A stretch of DNA of 63,548 nt, counting the filler, from an uncultured bacterium (GTDB lineage Bacteria; DYJV01), in the NCBI GenBank assembly GCA_964543655.1. It is 4 parts of 4 records of this genome, joined end to end, with 100 filler letters (N's around TTAATTAATTAA, not from the genome) between each part and the next. Parts side by side here need not be neighbours in the genome. Positions count along the whole stretch, not along the records: positions 1 to 25,242 come from CAZIZE010000062.1; 3 more parts are not named here. One strand, given 5' to 3'. Below the pieces are notes generated by a model, which made no database searches, was not told the origin of the DNA, and saw only the letters and a list, made by a program, of their open reading frames with translations. The first letter of the stretch is position 1; each line of letters begins with the position of its first letter. Both the position numbers and the translations under genes were made by a program. Positions 1 through 9,758 of this stretch are shown piece by piece.

Positions 1-89
1 TGAAGGAGTGTAGCAACTGAAGAATCCATAAGTTGTTATTATTAAAAGAAAATTTTAGCATATAGCTAAAGATACTGTGCAAATGTCCT
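1..89 (-). mobile_element. Partial MITE-like element, family 1 (terminus AAGACCTTTGCAC-like), cut by window start
   Basis: Manual ungapped alignment to the reverse complement of 44037-44125 gives about 68/89 identity; ends in TGTGCAAATGTCCT. Confidence 0.7.
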
Positions 90-157
90 ACTTTTGTGGT
101 AAATATAAGCAGTTGTAAAAAAATTGCTGTTGGATTTTATAATTGGTTTTGTATAAT
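88..157 (-). repeat. Dispersed repeat module, family 2 (ATACAAAACCAA terminus)
   Basis: Reverse complement aligns to 16885-16951 with about 10 mismatches in about 66 nt. Confidence 0.75.
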
Positions 158-207
158 CAAGTTTTGTGCAATGAAAGTCAGCTTAATAACTGTTTATCCA
201 TAAAGGA

Positions 208-597
208 CTAATTTAAACAAAATTTTGGTATATAAAAATCATTGAGTTTTTCCCAGAATAATTTTACTTTTTCTCCACAATGAATATTTTCAAAATTTTT
301 TGCAACAATATTTGAAAGAAATTTTACACCTTCATCAAGTTCTATTACACCTACAATGTAAGGTACTCTATCTTTAAAATCTTTATGAAATGGAGCATTA
401 TAAATTACATAAGAATATATTCTTCCCAAACCTTTTGATTCTGATAAATGATAATCAGAAGAGTAACATTCTGGGCAGCAAAATGAATATGGCCATCTAA
501 TTTTTCCACAATTAGTGCACTTCTGAAAAATTAATTTTTTTTCTCTACAAAAATTCCAGAATTCTCTATTATCCGGGTGTAAAAATATTTTTATCAT
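208..597 (-). CDS. Zn-ribbon/OB-fold protein (DUF35, ChsH2-like)
   Basis: CxxC...CPxC ribbon plus 'PYIVGVIELDEG' OB-fold motif; start overlaps the thiolase stop by 1 nt. Confidence 0.9.
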   Translation of the reverse strand: MIKIFLHPDNREFWNFCREKKLIFQKCTNCGKIRWPYSFCCPECYSSDYHLSESKGLGRIYSYVIYNAPFHKDFKDRVPYIVGVIELDEGVKFLSNIVAKNFENIHCGEKVKLFWEKLNDFYIPKFCLN

Positions 598-1778
598 TAA
601 AATTTCCTTAAAATTAATGTGGAATGACTCTGCAAAACCCCTCCATTATCACAGCAAAGAATTATCTCTGGCTCCTTTGTGTTCAATAGAGTGCCAAGCT
701 GTCTCTTACCACATCTACCCATTAATTGCATTACTCCTTCAGTAATAGGAGTCATTCCCATAAAATATGCCTCTGACAGCAATCCTCCTGAAGTATTCAG
801 AGGTAATTCACCACCAGGTGCGCATCTTCCATTTTTAAAAAAATCTTCACCCTCTCCTTTTTTGAAAAAACCATAATCCTGCATTGTAATTTCCACTGTG
901 TATGTAAAGCAATCATAAATTTCACAAGCATCAATGTCATTGATTGTAATACCAGCCATATTAAAAGCCATTTCTCCTGATTTTTTTGCTCCTGTGTTCC
1001 CAGCAAGATAGTCAGCCTGATGAACATCAACTGAAGGATTTGCTTCACCAATTCCCATTATAGAAACAACAGGATTTTTCAAATCTCTTGCTCTTTCCAC
1101 AGATGTTACTATGCAGGCTCTTCCTCCGTCACTAATCAATGCTGCATCATATTTTCTAGAAGGTGTAGCTATTATTGGAGAGTTAAAATAAATTTCTTCT
1201 GTTAAAATCTCATTATAATATTGGGCTAATGGGTTTAAATTTGCCCATTTTCTCTGACTGATTGCTATATGTTTCCAGGTATCTGGTCCTGTATTAAATT
1301 CGTGCATAGCCCTTGTTGCTGCCAATGCATAGTCACCAACAAATCCAAATTCTCCATATATAGCATTATCATAAAATGATTCTGAATGAGTTGCTTCTTC
1401 TATAAACATTCTCCTTCCACTTGCTGCATTGTCTGCATATACAATTAAAACATTTTTGCAAAATCCTGCTTCAAGAAGGGCAACTGCTTGAATAAATTGA
1501 TTACGTTGGCAAAAAGATTCTTGGCTTAGCACCACAGGTGTAATACCAAGATGTTGAGCAACAAGATAAGGTGTTACTGTAGGCTCGTTTAAGCATGGAT
1601 TAAACTGCCTGTAACAGATAAGAGCATCAATATCGTCCTTTGTTAATCCAGCATCATTAATTGCATTAATTGATGCTTCAACATAGAAGCTAATGGCGCT
1701 TCTGTTTTCTATTTTACCCTGAGGAGTATATCCAATTCCAACAATAGCATATTTATCTTTTAATTTTTTATAATCCAT
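597..1778 (-). CDS. Thiolase-family protein (SCP2-thiolase/Ltp2-like)
   Basis: AIVGIG N-terminus, IYDCFT and LNTSGGLLSEAY motifs. Confidence 0.88.
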   Translation of the reverse strand: MDYKKLKDKYAIVGIGYTPQGKIENRSAISFYVEASINAINDAGLTKDDIDALICYRQFNPCLNEPTVTPYLVAQHLGITPVVLSQESFCQRNQFIQAVALLEAGFCKNVLIVYADNAASGRRMFIEEATHSESFYDNAIYGEFGFVGDYALAATRAMHEFNTGPDTWKHIAISQRKWANLNPLAQYYNEILTEEIYFNSPIIATPSRKYDAALISDGGRACIVTSVERARDLKNPVVSIMGIGEANPSVDVHQADYLAGNTGAKKSGEMAFNMAGITINDIDACEIYDCFTYTVEITMQDYGFFKKGEGEDFFKNGRCAPGGELPLNTSGGLLSEAYFMGMTPITEGVMQLMGRCGKRQLGTLLNTKEPEIILCCDNGGVLQSHSTLILRKF

Positions 1779-1863
1779 AATATTTTATAATTTTTTTTCA
1801 TAATTTTGTCAAATAATAAATTATTCTTGCATTCAGTTAAAAAATTTAATACAGGAAAAAATT

Positions 1864-3474
1864 ATGAGAAGGTTTTTTTTAATTTTAGCTATTATTCTAT
1901 TTCAATTAACCAATCTTTTTTCTTCAGAGAAAAATGGTGTTATCAATTACTGGCATACTTTCAGTAAAGGTAGATTTTCTTCTTTTACCATAGAACAGGT
2001 TAGAAAAGATGGACTCAACTATTTAAATCAATTACGTTACAATGCAGGACTATGGGAGTTTACAGAAAATAGTCAGCTTGATGAAAGTGCCCAAAATCAT
2101 GCGAAATATTTAATAGCCAACAACACTATTACTCATATTGAAACTGAAGGATTAATAGGTTTTACAGGAGAAACACCAGGTGATAGAGCAATCTATACTG
2201 GATATTCAACAAATTTCATTGTTGAAAATCTCTCTGTTGGTGATGAAAATGTTAGAGAGTCAATAGATAACCTTTTTTCTGCTATTTATCATAGATTAGG
2301 TTTTTTAAATTTGAAGATTGATGAAATAGGCATTGGTTATTCATATTCCAATGATTCATATTATAAAACATTCTATGTGTACAATATGGGAAATAGTTTT
2401 TTAAGAAAGTTGTGCAGTAGCAGCAATACATACAATGGAACAGGTTACTACTATACAAATATATGCAGTGACAGTGCTAAAAAAATTTCAAAAGAGTTAT
2501 ATGATAATGTTACAGATTACTTTTATGAAAAAGCCCACAAATATATAGTATGGCCTTATAATGGTTATTATGAAACGCCACCTGTATTTTATGAAGAGAT
2601 TCCAGATCCATTGCCAGAATGTAGTGTTAGTGGTTATCCAATTTCAATACAGTTTAACCCATACAAAATAGATAGAGAAAGTTTTAAATTACTCTCTTTT
2701 AAGCTTTACTCCAATGGAGATATAGTTGATAATGTAAAATTGTTGGATTCTCAAAATGACCCAAATCAAGATATTGGCTCTTATGAATATGCTTTAATGC
2801 CTCTGGAGAGATTTCAATGGAATAAAAATTATCAAGCTGAGGTTGTTTATTTTGAAAATGGAGAAACTCACAAGATAGAGTGGAGCTTCCACACAAAAAG
2901 CTTAAATGCACCTTACTTTATCTTAACTAATAATTATGCTAAAATTAATATTAAACCTAATAAAACTTATTATCTTTATTTTAAACCTTCCAACTGCAAT
3001 GATTCTTTTACTTCAATGCAGTATCAAACTGATGTTTCTAAAATAAACCTATCTTTTTATGATGGCAATACCTTAAAACTTTATGCAGAAGGTAATTTAG
3101 GTAATAAAATTTTTATTTCACTTAATAATGGAAAAAGTGTTGAGATTCAATTAGCATCTTATGAAAGTGATTCTCTGGTTACTCCACAAAATAACTATTG
3201 TGGATATATTAATGGTGCGACGCTGTTTTTGCCATGTGTAATTGTTGGAGAAAATGCCTATTCTGTTAATTTTCAATATTTAACTAACCTTGATTTTAAA
3301 TTAACAGAGATAAAAAAATTGGATAACTGGGACTCTAACTCTTGTGGCACATATAATATTCAAACTGCTCAATTGTATTACCCATGTATTGATATTAACA
3401 GTAAAAAAATCTGGGCAACGTTTAAATACACCGGTGAAAATTTAATTTTCCAGGTAACAGATTATGAAAAATAA
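1864..3474 (+). CDS. Secreted CAP (SCP-like) domain protein
   Basis: Signal peptide; LNQLR...SAQNHAKY...HIE...ENLS...SAIYHR...EIGIG CAP motifs. Confidence 0.85.
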   Translation: MRRFFLILAIILFQLTNLFSSEKNGVINYWHTFSKGRFSSFTIEQVRKDGLNYLNQLRYNAGLWEFTENSQLDESAQNHAKYLIANNTITHIETEGLIGFTGETPGDRAIYTGYSTNFIVENLSVGDENVRESIDNLFSAIYHRLGFLNLKIDEIGIGYSYSNDSYYKTFYVYNMGNSFLRKLCSSSNTYNGTGYYYTNICSDSAKKISKELYDNVTDYFYEKAHKYIVWPYNGYYETPPVFYEEIPDPLPECSVSGYPISIQFNPYKIDRESFKLLSFKLYSNGDIVDNVKLLDSQNDPNQDIGSYEYALMPLERFQWNKNYQAEVVYFENGETHKIEWSFHTKSLNAPYFILTNNYAKINIKPNKTYYLYFKPSNCNDSFTSMQYQTDVSKINLSFYDGNTLKLYAEGNLGNKIFISLNNGKSVEIQLASYESDSLVTPQNNYCGYINGATLFLPCVIVGENAYSVNFQYLTNLDFKLTEIKKLDNWDSNSCGTYNIQTAQLYYPCIDINSKKIWATFKYTGENLIFQVTDYEK

Positions 3475-3498
3475 GAAATAAATTTGGTAGGTGGAAAA

Positions 3499-4020
3499 AT
3501 GGCTTTACTTGAAATTGTTACATATCCTGATAAAAGGTTAAGAGAAAAATCAAAGCCTATTGAAAAAGTTGATGAAAAAGTATTGAAATTAATAGATGAT
3601 ATGATTGATACAATGTATGAACATCAGGGGCTTGGCTTATCCGCAATACAGGTAGGAGAGCCTTTGAGGCTCTTTATAATTGATTGGAATCAACGTGAAA
3701 CAGGAGAGCAAGATAGGGAAAAGGTTTTTGTATTTATTAATCCTATAGTTACTGATTTAAAAGATAAAACCATTATGGAAAATGAAGGTTGCCTGAGCTT
3801 ACCGGGAATTAGAGCAGATGTGGAAAGATACAATAGGTGCAAGGTTGAGGCTTTAGACCGAAATGGAGAAAAATTTTTAATGGAAGCTGAAGATATGCTT
3901 GCAATAGCTATCCAGCATGAAAATGACCACCTTGATGGTATCCTTTATATTGACAGAATAAGCAGGTTTAAAAGAAATTTTTTATTAAAAAAATATTCTA
4001 AATTAAGAAAAAGAGGCTAA
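3499..4020 (+). CDS. def: Peptide deformylase
   Basis: GLGLSAIQVG, EGCLS and QHENDH motifs; ATG at 3499 follows GGTGG. Confidence 0.95.
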   Translation: MALLEIVTYPDKRLREKSKPIEKVDEKVLKLIDDMIDTMYEHQGLGLSAIQVGEPLRLFIIDWNQRETGEQDREKVFVFINPIVTDLKDKTIMENEGCLSLPGIRADVERYNRCKVEALDRNGEKFLMEAEDMLAIAIQHENDHLDGILYIDRISRFKRNFLLKKYSKLRKRG

Positions 4021-4021
4021 T

Positions 4022-4657
4022 ATGCAAATAGTAAAACCAATTGATATAGAGAATAAAAGCTTTGAAATTATTAAATCAGAAATTCCCGAGGAGAAACTAT
4101 CAAAAATACCAGAAAATATGCTTAATGTTGTTATTAGGGTAATTCATGCAACAGCTGATTTTGATTTTGTGGATATATTGCAATATTCTGATGATTTTTA
4201 TGAAAAAGCTATCAATGCACTAAAGAACGGTTGTAATATTGTAACTGATATAAAAATGGTTAAATATGGTATTTCACAAAAAATGTGCAATGATTCTGGA
4301 GTAAAGGTCGAAACATATATTGATGAGTCAGAAGTAATAAAACTTTCAAAAAATGAAAAAATTACCAGATCCATTGCAGCTATGAGATTATTTGCTAAAA
4401 ATGCTGACAATGGAATCATTGTGATTGGCAATGCTCCTACAGCACTGTTTGAAATTATCAGGCTTCATGAAAATGGTTTAATAAACCCAGCAGCAGTGGT
4501 GGGGGTTCCTGTTGGATTTGTTGGTGCTGCTGAAAGTAAGGAATTGTTAGTAAAATATGGTGCGATTCCTTTTATCACTTCAAATGGTAGAAAAGGTGGC
4601 ACACCAGTTGCCGTGGCAATAATTAATGCACTTTTAAAAAATATTAAAAAAAATTAA
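4022..4657 (+). CDS. cobH: Precorrin-8X methylmutase (CobH/CbiC)
   Basis: RVIHATAD, IGNAPTAL, GVPVGFVGAAESK and GRKGG motifs. Confidence 0.92.
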   Translation: MQIVKPIDIENKSFEIIKSEIPEEKLSKIPENMLNVVIRVIHATADFDFVDILQYSDDFYEKAINALKNGCNIVTDIKMVKYGISQKMCNDSGVKVETYIDESEVIKLSKNEKITRSIAAMRLFAKNADNGIIVIGNAPTALFEIIRLHENGLINPAAVVGVPVGFVGAAESKELLVKYGAIPFITSNGRKGGTPVAVAIINALLKNIKKN

Positions 4658-4705
4658 AATTTAGATTGACTTATTAAATTTATACTGATATTAACATTAA
4701 AATTT

Positions 4706-4748
4706 GGCTGAAAAAGTTCTCCATAAAGTAGGAGATGCTTTCTAAGCC
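4706..4748 (+). promoter_or_regulatory. Hairpin in the putative 5' UTR of the cold-shock gene
   Basis: GGCT..GAAAAAG..TCTCC/GGAGA..CTTTCT..AGCC imperfect stem; -35-like TTGACT at 4666. Confidence 0.35.
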
Positions 4749-4774
4749 TGTACCAATTTAAAGGAGGAAATACT

Positions 4775-4975
4775 ATGCAACAAGGTAAAGTAAAATGGTT
4801 CAATGAAAAGAAAGGTTATGGTTTTATCTCAATGGATAATGGCGAAGATGTTTTTGTTCATTATTCAGCAATTGAAGGAGACGGATTCAAAACATTGAGA
4901 GAAGGAGAAGATGTATCATTTGAGATAGTTAATGGTACCAAAGGACCTCAGGCTGATAAAGTTAGAAAAATGTAA
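4775..4975 (+). CDS. cspA: Cold-shock protein (CspA family)
   Basis: GKVKWFN, KGYGFI (RNP1), VFVH (RNP2); SD AAGGAGG. Confidence 0.95.
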   Translation: MQQGKVKWFNEKKGYGFISMDNGEDVFVHYSAIEGDGFKTLREGEDVSFEIVNGTKGPQADKVRKM

Positions 4976-4982
4976 TTATCAT

Positions 4983-5003
4983 CCTCCCGGATGTTCCGGG
5001 AGG
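4983..5003. terminator. Hairpin between the convergent csp and TSUP genes
   Basis: CCTCCCGGA/TCCGGGAGG perfect stem. Confidence 0.75.
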
Positions 5004-5004
5004 T

Positions 5005-5826
5005 TTACCATATAATTCTTATTGCAACAACAATTAATATCACAGCAAAAATTCTCTGCAATGCTTTCTGATTTATCTTACTTGCCATCTTCAATCCCCA
5101 ACTGCTACTTATCCCACCTAATACTCCACATATTACCACAAGCGATATGTCCATAAAGCCTATAAATGGTAAACTTATTCCAACATCTTTCATGCCACCA
5201 ACAATGAATCCAATAACACCACCTATTTTATTAAAAGGGATTAAAGATACTGAGAATCCCTGGGCAAAAATCATAGGTATTTTAAAAAATGTTGTTAACA
5301 AAGGCACAGCAACAATGCCACCACCAATCCCAAAAAAACCTGAAACAAGACCCACAACAAAACCAATGGCAAGTAATATAAAAATATTTATTTGAAACTC
5401 AGAAAGATTAAAACTTTCCTGACTATCTCTTTTTGTGAAAAAACCCATTTTAATGCTCATTAAAATAAGAAAAATTCCAAAAAACACTTTTAAACTGTCT
5501 GTGTTTAAAAATGAGGCAACTCTTGCACCAACAAAGCCTCCAGTAAGTCCTGCTCCTGCAAATTTTAAAGTGTTTCTGATGGTTATTAACCCTTGTTTGT
5601 AATAGTTTGAAAAATTTTTTAAAGAATTTATAAGAATAATGCCATTACTTGTTCCTAATATACATTGAGAAAGAAATTTACTATGAGGATGAGGATAAAA
5701 TGAGTACAATAAAAAAAGAGATGGAATAATTAATATTCCACCTCCTATGCCAAGCAAGCCAGCAAGAAAACCACTTGCCAGCCCGATAATTGCAACAGAA
5801 AAATAGTATAAAATTATACTTAACAC
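5005..5826 (-). CDS. Sulfite exporter TauE/SafE (TSUP) family transporter
   Basis: Two repeats of G(L/F)xGIGGGIxxxP; hydrophobic; GTG start. Confidence 0.9.
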   Translation of the reverse strand: MLSIILYYFSVAIIGLASGFLAGLLGIGGGILIIPSLFLLYSFYPHPHSKFLSQCILGTSNGIILINSLKNFSNYYKQGLITIRNTLKFAGAGLTGGFVGARVASFLNTDSLKVFFGIFLILMSIKMGFFTKRDSQESFNLSEFQINIFILLAIGFVVGLVSGFFGIGGGIVAVPLLTTFFKIPMIFAQGFSVSLIPFNKIGGVIGFIVGGMKDVGISLPFIGFMDISLVVICGVLGGISSSWGLKMASKINQKALQRIFAVILIVVAIRIIW

Positions 5827-7184
5827 TATGCTTCTATTTTAACAGTTTTGCCTTCTTCTCTTAATTTGAAAAACTCAAGTGCTACCTGAGGAAATAGTGC
5901 ATAGGACAATACATCTTCAATTGATTTAGCTTTATCACCTAACTCTGCTTTTAATTTTTCCATTTCTGGCTCAATATAATCAGCTGGTCTGCCTTCTATT
6001 GGCTTTTCTTTTTTTAATGCCATTTTTTGAACCTCTGGGTCAAAAGGTGCTATTGATTTACCATACATTCCCTTTAAGATATTAATAGTTTCCTTTGTAA
6101 ACATTGCATATCTTTTACCCATTAAAACATTAATTGTAGCCTGAGTTCCAACAATCTGACTTGATGGAGTAACAAGAGGAGGATAACCTAAATCTTTTCT
6201 TACTCTTGGGATTTCTTTAAGTACCTCTTCAAGCTTATCTATTGCACCCTGAGCTTTAAGCTGAGTTTCGAGGTTTGACATCATTCCACCTGGTACCTGA
6301 TAAATGAGAACTTTTGTGTCAACACCTGTAAATGAGCTTTCAACATCTTTATATTTTGCTCTAACACCCTTAAAGTATTCTGCAATTTCACCTAATAAAC
6401 TAACATCAAGTCCAGTATCATACTGGGTACCTTTAAGAGCTGCAACCATACTTTCAGTAGGTGGTTGAGAAGTTCCTTGAGAAAGACTTGAAATAGCTGT
6501 ATCTATAATATCAACACCTGCTTCAATACCTTTTAAATATGACATATGTGCCATTCCGCTTGTACAGTGGCAATGTAGGTGAACAGGTAAACCAACTTTC
6601 TCTTTTAACTGCTTAACAAGGTCATATGCATCAAATGGAGCCAGAAGTCCTGCCATATCTTTAATACAAATGGTATCAGCCCCTAAATCTGCAAGTTCTT
6701 TGGCAAGATTAACAAAATATTCATTATTATGCACAGGGCTGATTGTATAGCTTATAGCACATTCAGCAATTTTTCCATTTTTCTTAACTTCTTCAATGGC
6801 TTTCCTCATATTTCTTGGATCATTTAATGCATCAAATATTCGAAAAACATCTATTCCATTAGATGCGGCTCTTTCAATAAAAGCTTCCAGAACATCATCA
6901 GCATAATGCCTGTAACCAACAATGTTTTGTCCTCTTAAAAGCATTTGAAGCCTTGTATTAGGCAGCTTTTTCCTTAAAGCTCTTAATCTATCCCATGGAT
7001 CTTCTTTTAAAAACCTGAGGCATGAGTCAAATGTTGCACCACCCCAAACTTCAAGAGACCAGTAACCAACTTTGTCAAGTTTATCACAAATTGGTAGCAT
7101 GTCCTCTGTTTTCATTCGGGTAGATAACAATGACTGATGAGCATCCCTTAAAATAGTGTCTGTTATCATAACTTTATTGGACAT
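5826..7184 (-). CDS. pycB: Pyruvate carboxylase subunit B / oxaloacetate decarboxylase alpha carboxyltransferase, without biotin domain
   Basis: LRDAHQS, EVWGGATFD, IKDMAG, HCHCTSG and PGGM motifs; ATG at 7184 follows AAGGGGG. Confidence 0.88.
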   Translation of the reverse strand: MSNKVMITDTILRDAHQSLLSTRMKTEDMLPICDKLDKVGYWSLEVWGGATFDSCLRFLKEDPWDRLRALRKKLPNTRLQMLLRGQNIVGYRHYADDVLEAFIERAASNGIDVFRIFDALNDPRNMRKAIEEVKKNGKIAECAISYTISPVHNNEYFVNLAKELADLGADTICIKDMAGLLAPFDAYDLVKQLKEKVGLPVHLHCHCTSGMAHMSYLKGIEAGVDIIDTAISSLSQGTSQPPTESMVAALKGTQYDTGLDVSLLGEIAEYFKGVRAKYKDVESSFTGVDTKVLIYQVPGGMMSNLETQLKAQGAIDKLEEVLKEIPRVRKDLGYPPLVTPSSQIVGTQATINVLMGKRYAMFTKETINILKGMYGKSIAPFDPEVQKMALKKEKPIEGRPADYIEPEMEKLKAELGDKAKSIEDVLSYALFPQVALEFFKLREEGKTVKIEA

Positions 7185-7224
7185 ATTAACCCCCTTGCAC
7201 ATTGTATACAATTTTTTTATCAAT

Positions 7225-7256
7225 AAAAAAAAACGCTGCCGGTTGCGCAGCGTTTT
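7225..7256 (-). terminator. Intrinsic terminator after the biotin carrier gene
   Basis: AAAACGCTGC/GCAGCGTTTT stem followed by a U-run on the minus strand. Confidence 0.7.
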
Positions 7257-7261
7257 AAAAA

Positions 7262-7471
7262 TTACTCTAACACGCAGATAACAGCTTCAGTTTCTACTGT
7301 ATCACCTTCATTAACCTTAACCTCTTTAACTGTGCCTGATTCTGGAGCAACAATAGGCATTTCCATTTTCATTGCTTCAAGTATAACAAGTTCATCACCT
7401 TCTTCTACAGAATCTCCAGGCTTAACTTTGATAGATAAGATTTTCCCAACCATTGGTGCTTTAACTTCCAT
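7262..7471 (-). CDS. Stand-alone biotin carboxyl carrier protein
   Basis: EAMKM biotinylation motif; SD AGGAGG. Confidence 0.93.
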   Translation of the reverse strand: MEVKAPMVGKILSIKVKPGDSVEEGDELVILEAMKMEMPIVAPESGTVKEVKVNEGDTVETEAVICVLE

Positions 7472-7636
7472 TTTATCCCTCCTGAAATAGTAATTCTAAA
7501 TATAATTTAGCGTCCTTAACACAATGAATATCTTTTTGCAATACCAAATGTTAAATTATTAAAAAATTTTGATATAGCTAAAAATCCTTGAAAAATAGTA
7601 AAAAATTTTATAACATTAAAAAAAAAGGAGCTTGCC

Positions 7637-8314
7637 ATGAAAGTTTTGATAGTAGAAGATGAAGAAAAAGTTGCTTTATTTATTAAAAAAGGTCTTGAAG
7701 AGGAAGGCTTTCAAGTAGAAGTAGCTTATGATGGTATAAGTGGAGAAGAAAAAATTTTAAATGGTAATTTTGATGTGATTATACTTGATATAATGCTTCC
7801 AGGTAAGGATGGGAATGAAATTTTGAAAAACATCAGGGAAAAAGGTAATGATACTCCTGTAATTATGCTTACTGCCAAGGATCAGATTACTGACAAAATT
7901 GATTCCTTTGAATCAGGTTGTGATGATTATATTACTAAACCTTTTTCTTTTGAAGAATTACTTTTGAGAATTAAGGCAATATTAAAAAGAAAAGGTGTTG
8001 GTGATGAGAAGGAGGTTATGCTTACATTTTCTGATTTAAAACTTGATCTAATTAAAAGGAAAGCATACAGAAATGATAAAGAGGTTGAGCTTACCACAAA
8101 AGAATTTGCTTTACTTGAGCTTTTAATGAAAAACCCAAATAAAGTTTTAACAAGGAATGATATTACTAAAGAGGTTTGGGAGTATGATTTTGATACATTA
8201 ACAAATATAATTGATGTTTATATTAATCATTTGAGAAATAAGATAGACAAAGGATTTGATAAAAGATTGATTCATACAATAAGAGGTGTTGGATATATCC
8301 TGAAAGAGGATTAA
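7637..8314 (+). CDS. OmpR-family response regulator (CusR/CzcR-like)
   Basis: REC domain (LDIMLP, KPF) plus winged helix (IDVYINHLRNKID, IHTIRGVGY). Confidence 0.92.
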   Translation: MKVLIVEDEEKVALFIKKGLEEEGFQVEVAYDGISGEEKILNGNFDVIILDIMLPGKDGNEILKNIREKGNDTPVIMLTAKDQITDKIDSFESGCDDYITKPFSFEELLLRIKAILKRKGVGDEKEVMLTFSDLKLDLIKRKAYRNDKEVELTTKEFALLELLMKNPNKVLTRNDITKEVWEYDFDTLTNIIDVYINHLRNKIDKGFDKRLIHTIRGVGYILKED

Positions 8315-8317
8315 TAA

Positions 8318-9718
8318 TTGCTTTTGAAAACAAAGACAAAGTTATTGTTGCTATTTATATCCATATTTATTTTAATTATTATATTATTCAGCTCAACAAT
8401 TTACTTTTTTATGCGACAGGAGCTTTATAATTCTGTTGACAACAAATTATTATCTTTAGCTGAAATATCTTCAGACTCTCCATTTTTAATGTATAATCAG
8501 GCAATTCCACCTAAAATAAAGGACCTTTACAATAACCCAAATATAAAACATAGTGGAAGCATTTTAAGAATTCTTGATACAAGTGGTAACATTGGATCAA
8601 ATTTAAATGACCTAAATGTAAAAAATCTCCCTGTAAAAAGAGATACTATAGAAAAAGCTTTAAAAGGTATAATGGTCTTTGAAAATTATTATATAAAAAA
8701 TTACAAATATCCAGTGAGAGTATTAACATATCCAGTTATTTCAGATGGTTATGTTCTTGGAATAATTCAAGTAGGAACATCTCTTGAATTTGTTATAGAA
8801 TCGCTAAAAAAGCTTATTATAATACTTGGAATATCTTTTCCTATACTAATTCTAATAATTTTCTTTTTTGGGTATTTTATAATTGATAAAGCTCTTGCTC
8901 CTATAAGAATGATAACATCAAAAGCTAAAAAAATTTCAGCAGAAAATTTAGAGGAGAAAGTTGGAGGCAATCTGCCTGATGATGAAATTGGAGAGCTTGC
9001 TGCTACATTTGATAGTATGATTAGCAGATTAAAAGCCTCTTTTGATGAATTAGCACAATTTAGTGCTGATGTCTCACATGAACTTAGAACACCATTAACT
9101 GTATTGCAAGGGGAAGTAGAAGTTGCTCTCAGGGGCAACAGGACAATAGAGGAGTATAAAGAAGTTTTGAAAAGTAACCTTGAAGAAATAAAAAGATTGA
9201 AAAGTATTGTGGAAACGTTGCTTTTTTTATCTAAAGCAGAATCTGGACAGATTATTTATAAAATAAAAGAGATAGATGTAATTGACGTGATTATTTCTGT
9301 AATTTCATCTTTAAAAAGTTTTATTAAAGAAAAAAATATTAAAATTGATATAGATGGAGAACCAGAAACATACATTAAAGGGGATGAGAATCTATTAAAG
9401 CAATTATTTTACAATATTATTCACAATGCAATTAAATATAATAGAAAAAATGGGAAAATAACTGTATCTATTAGAGAAAATGATGATAAAATTTTTGTGT
9501 CAATTGAAGATACAGGGTTTGGTATTAAAGAAAATCAATTAAAAAATATTTTCAACAGGTTTTACAGAGTTGATAAAGCAAGAACAAGAAAAGAAGGCGG
9601 TTTTGGGCTTGGCCTGAATATTGTAAAAAAAATAATTGATATTCACAATGCAGAAATAGAAGTTGAAAGTGAAATAAATAAAGGGACCAAATTTACTATT
9701 ATTTTTCAAAAGTTTTAA
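8318..9718 (+). CDS. Sensor histidine kinase (2 TM, HAMP, HisKA, HATPase; CusS-like)
   Basis: DVSHELRTPL, NAIKY, DTGFGI and GFGLGL motifs; TTG start. Confidence 0.92.
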   Translation: MLLKTKTKLLLLFISIFILIIILFSSTIYFFMRQELYNSVDNKLLSLAEISSDSPFLMYNQAIPPKIKDLYNNPNIKHSGSILRILDTSGNIGSNLNDLNVKNLPVKRDTIEKALKGIMVFENYYIKNYKYPVRVLTYPVISDGYVLGIIQVGTSLEFVIESLKKLIIILGISFPILILIIFFFGYFIIDKALAPIRMITSKAKKISAENLEEKVGGNLPDDEIGELAATFDSMISRLKASFDELAQFSADVSHELRTPLTVLQGEVEVALRGNRTIEEYKEVLKSNLEEIKRLKSIVETLLFLSKAESGQIIYKIKEIDVIDVIISVISSLKSFIKEKNIKIDIDGEPETYIKGDENLLKQLFYNIIHNAIKYNRKNGKITVSIRENDDKIFVSIEDTGFGIKENQLKNIFNRFYRVDKARTRKEGGFGLGLNIVKKIIDIHNAEIEVESEINKGTKFTIIFQKF

Positions 9719-9758
9719 TTATCTTGATTTTTTATCTAAAAATAATTATAATTTCATT

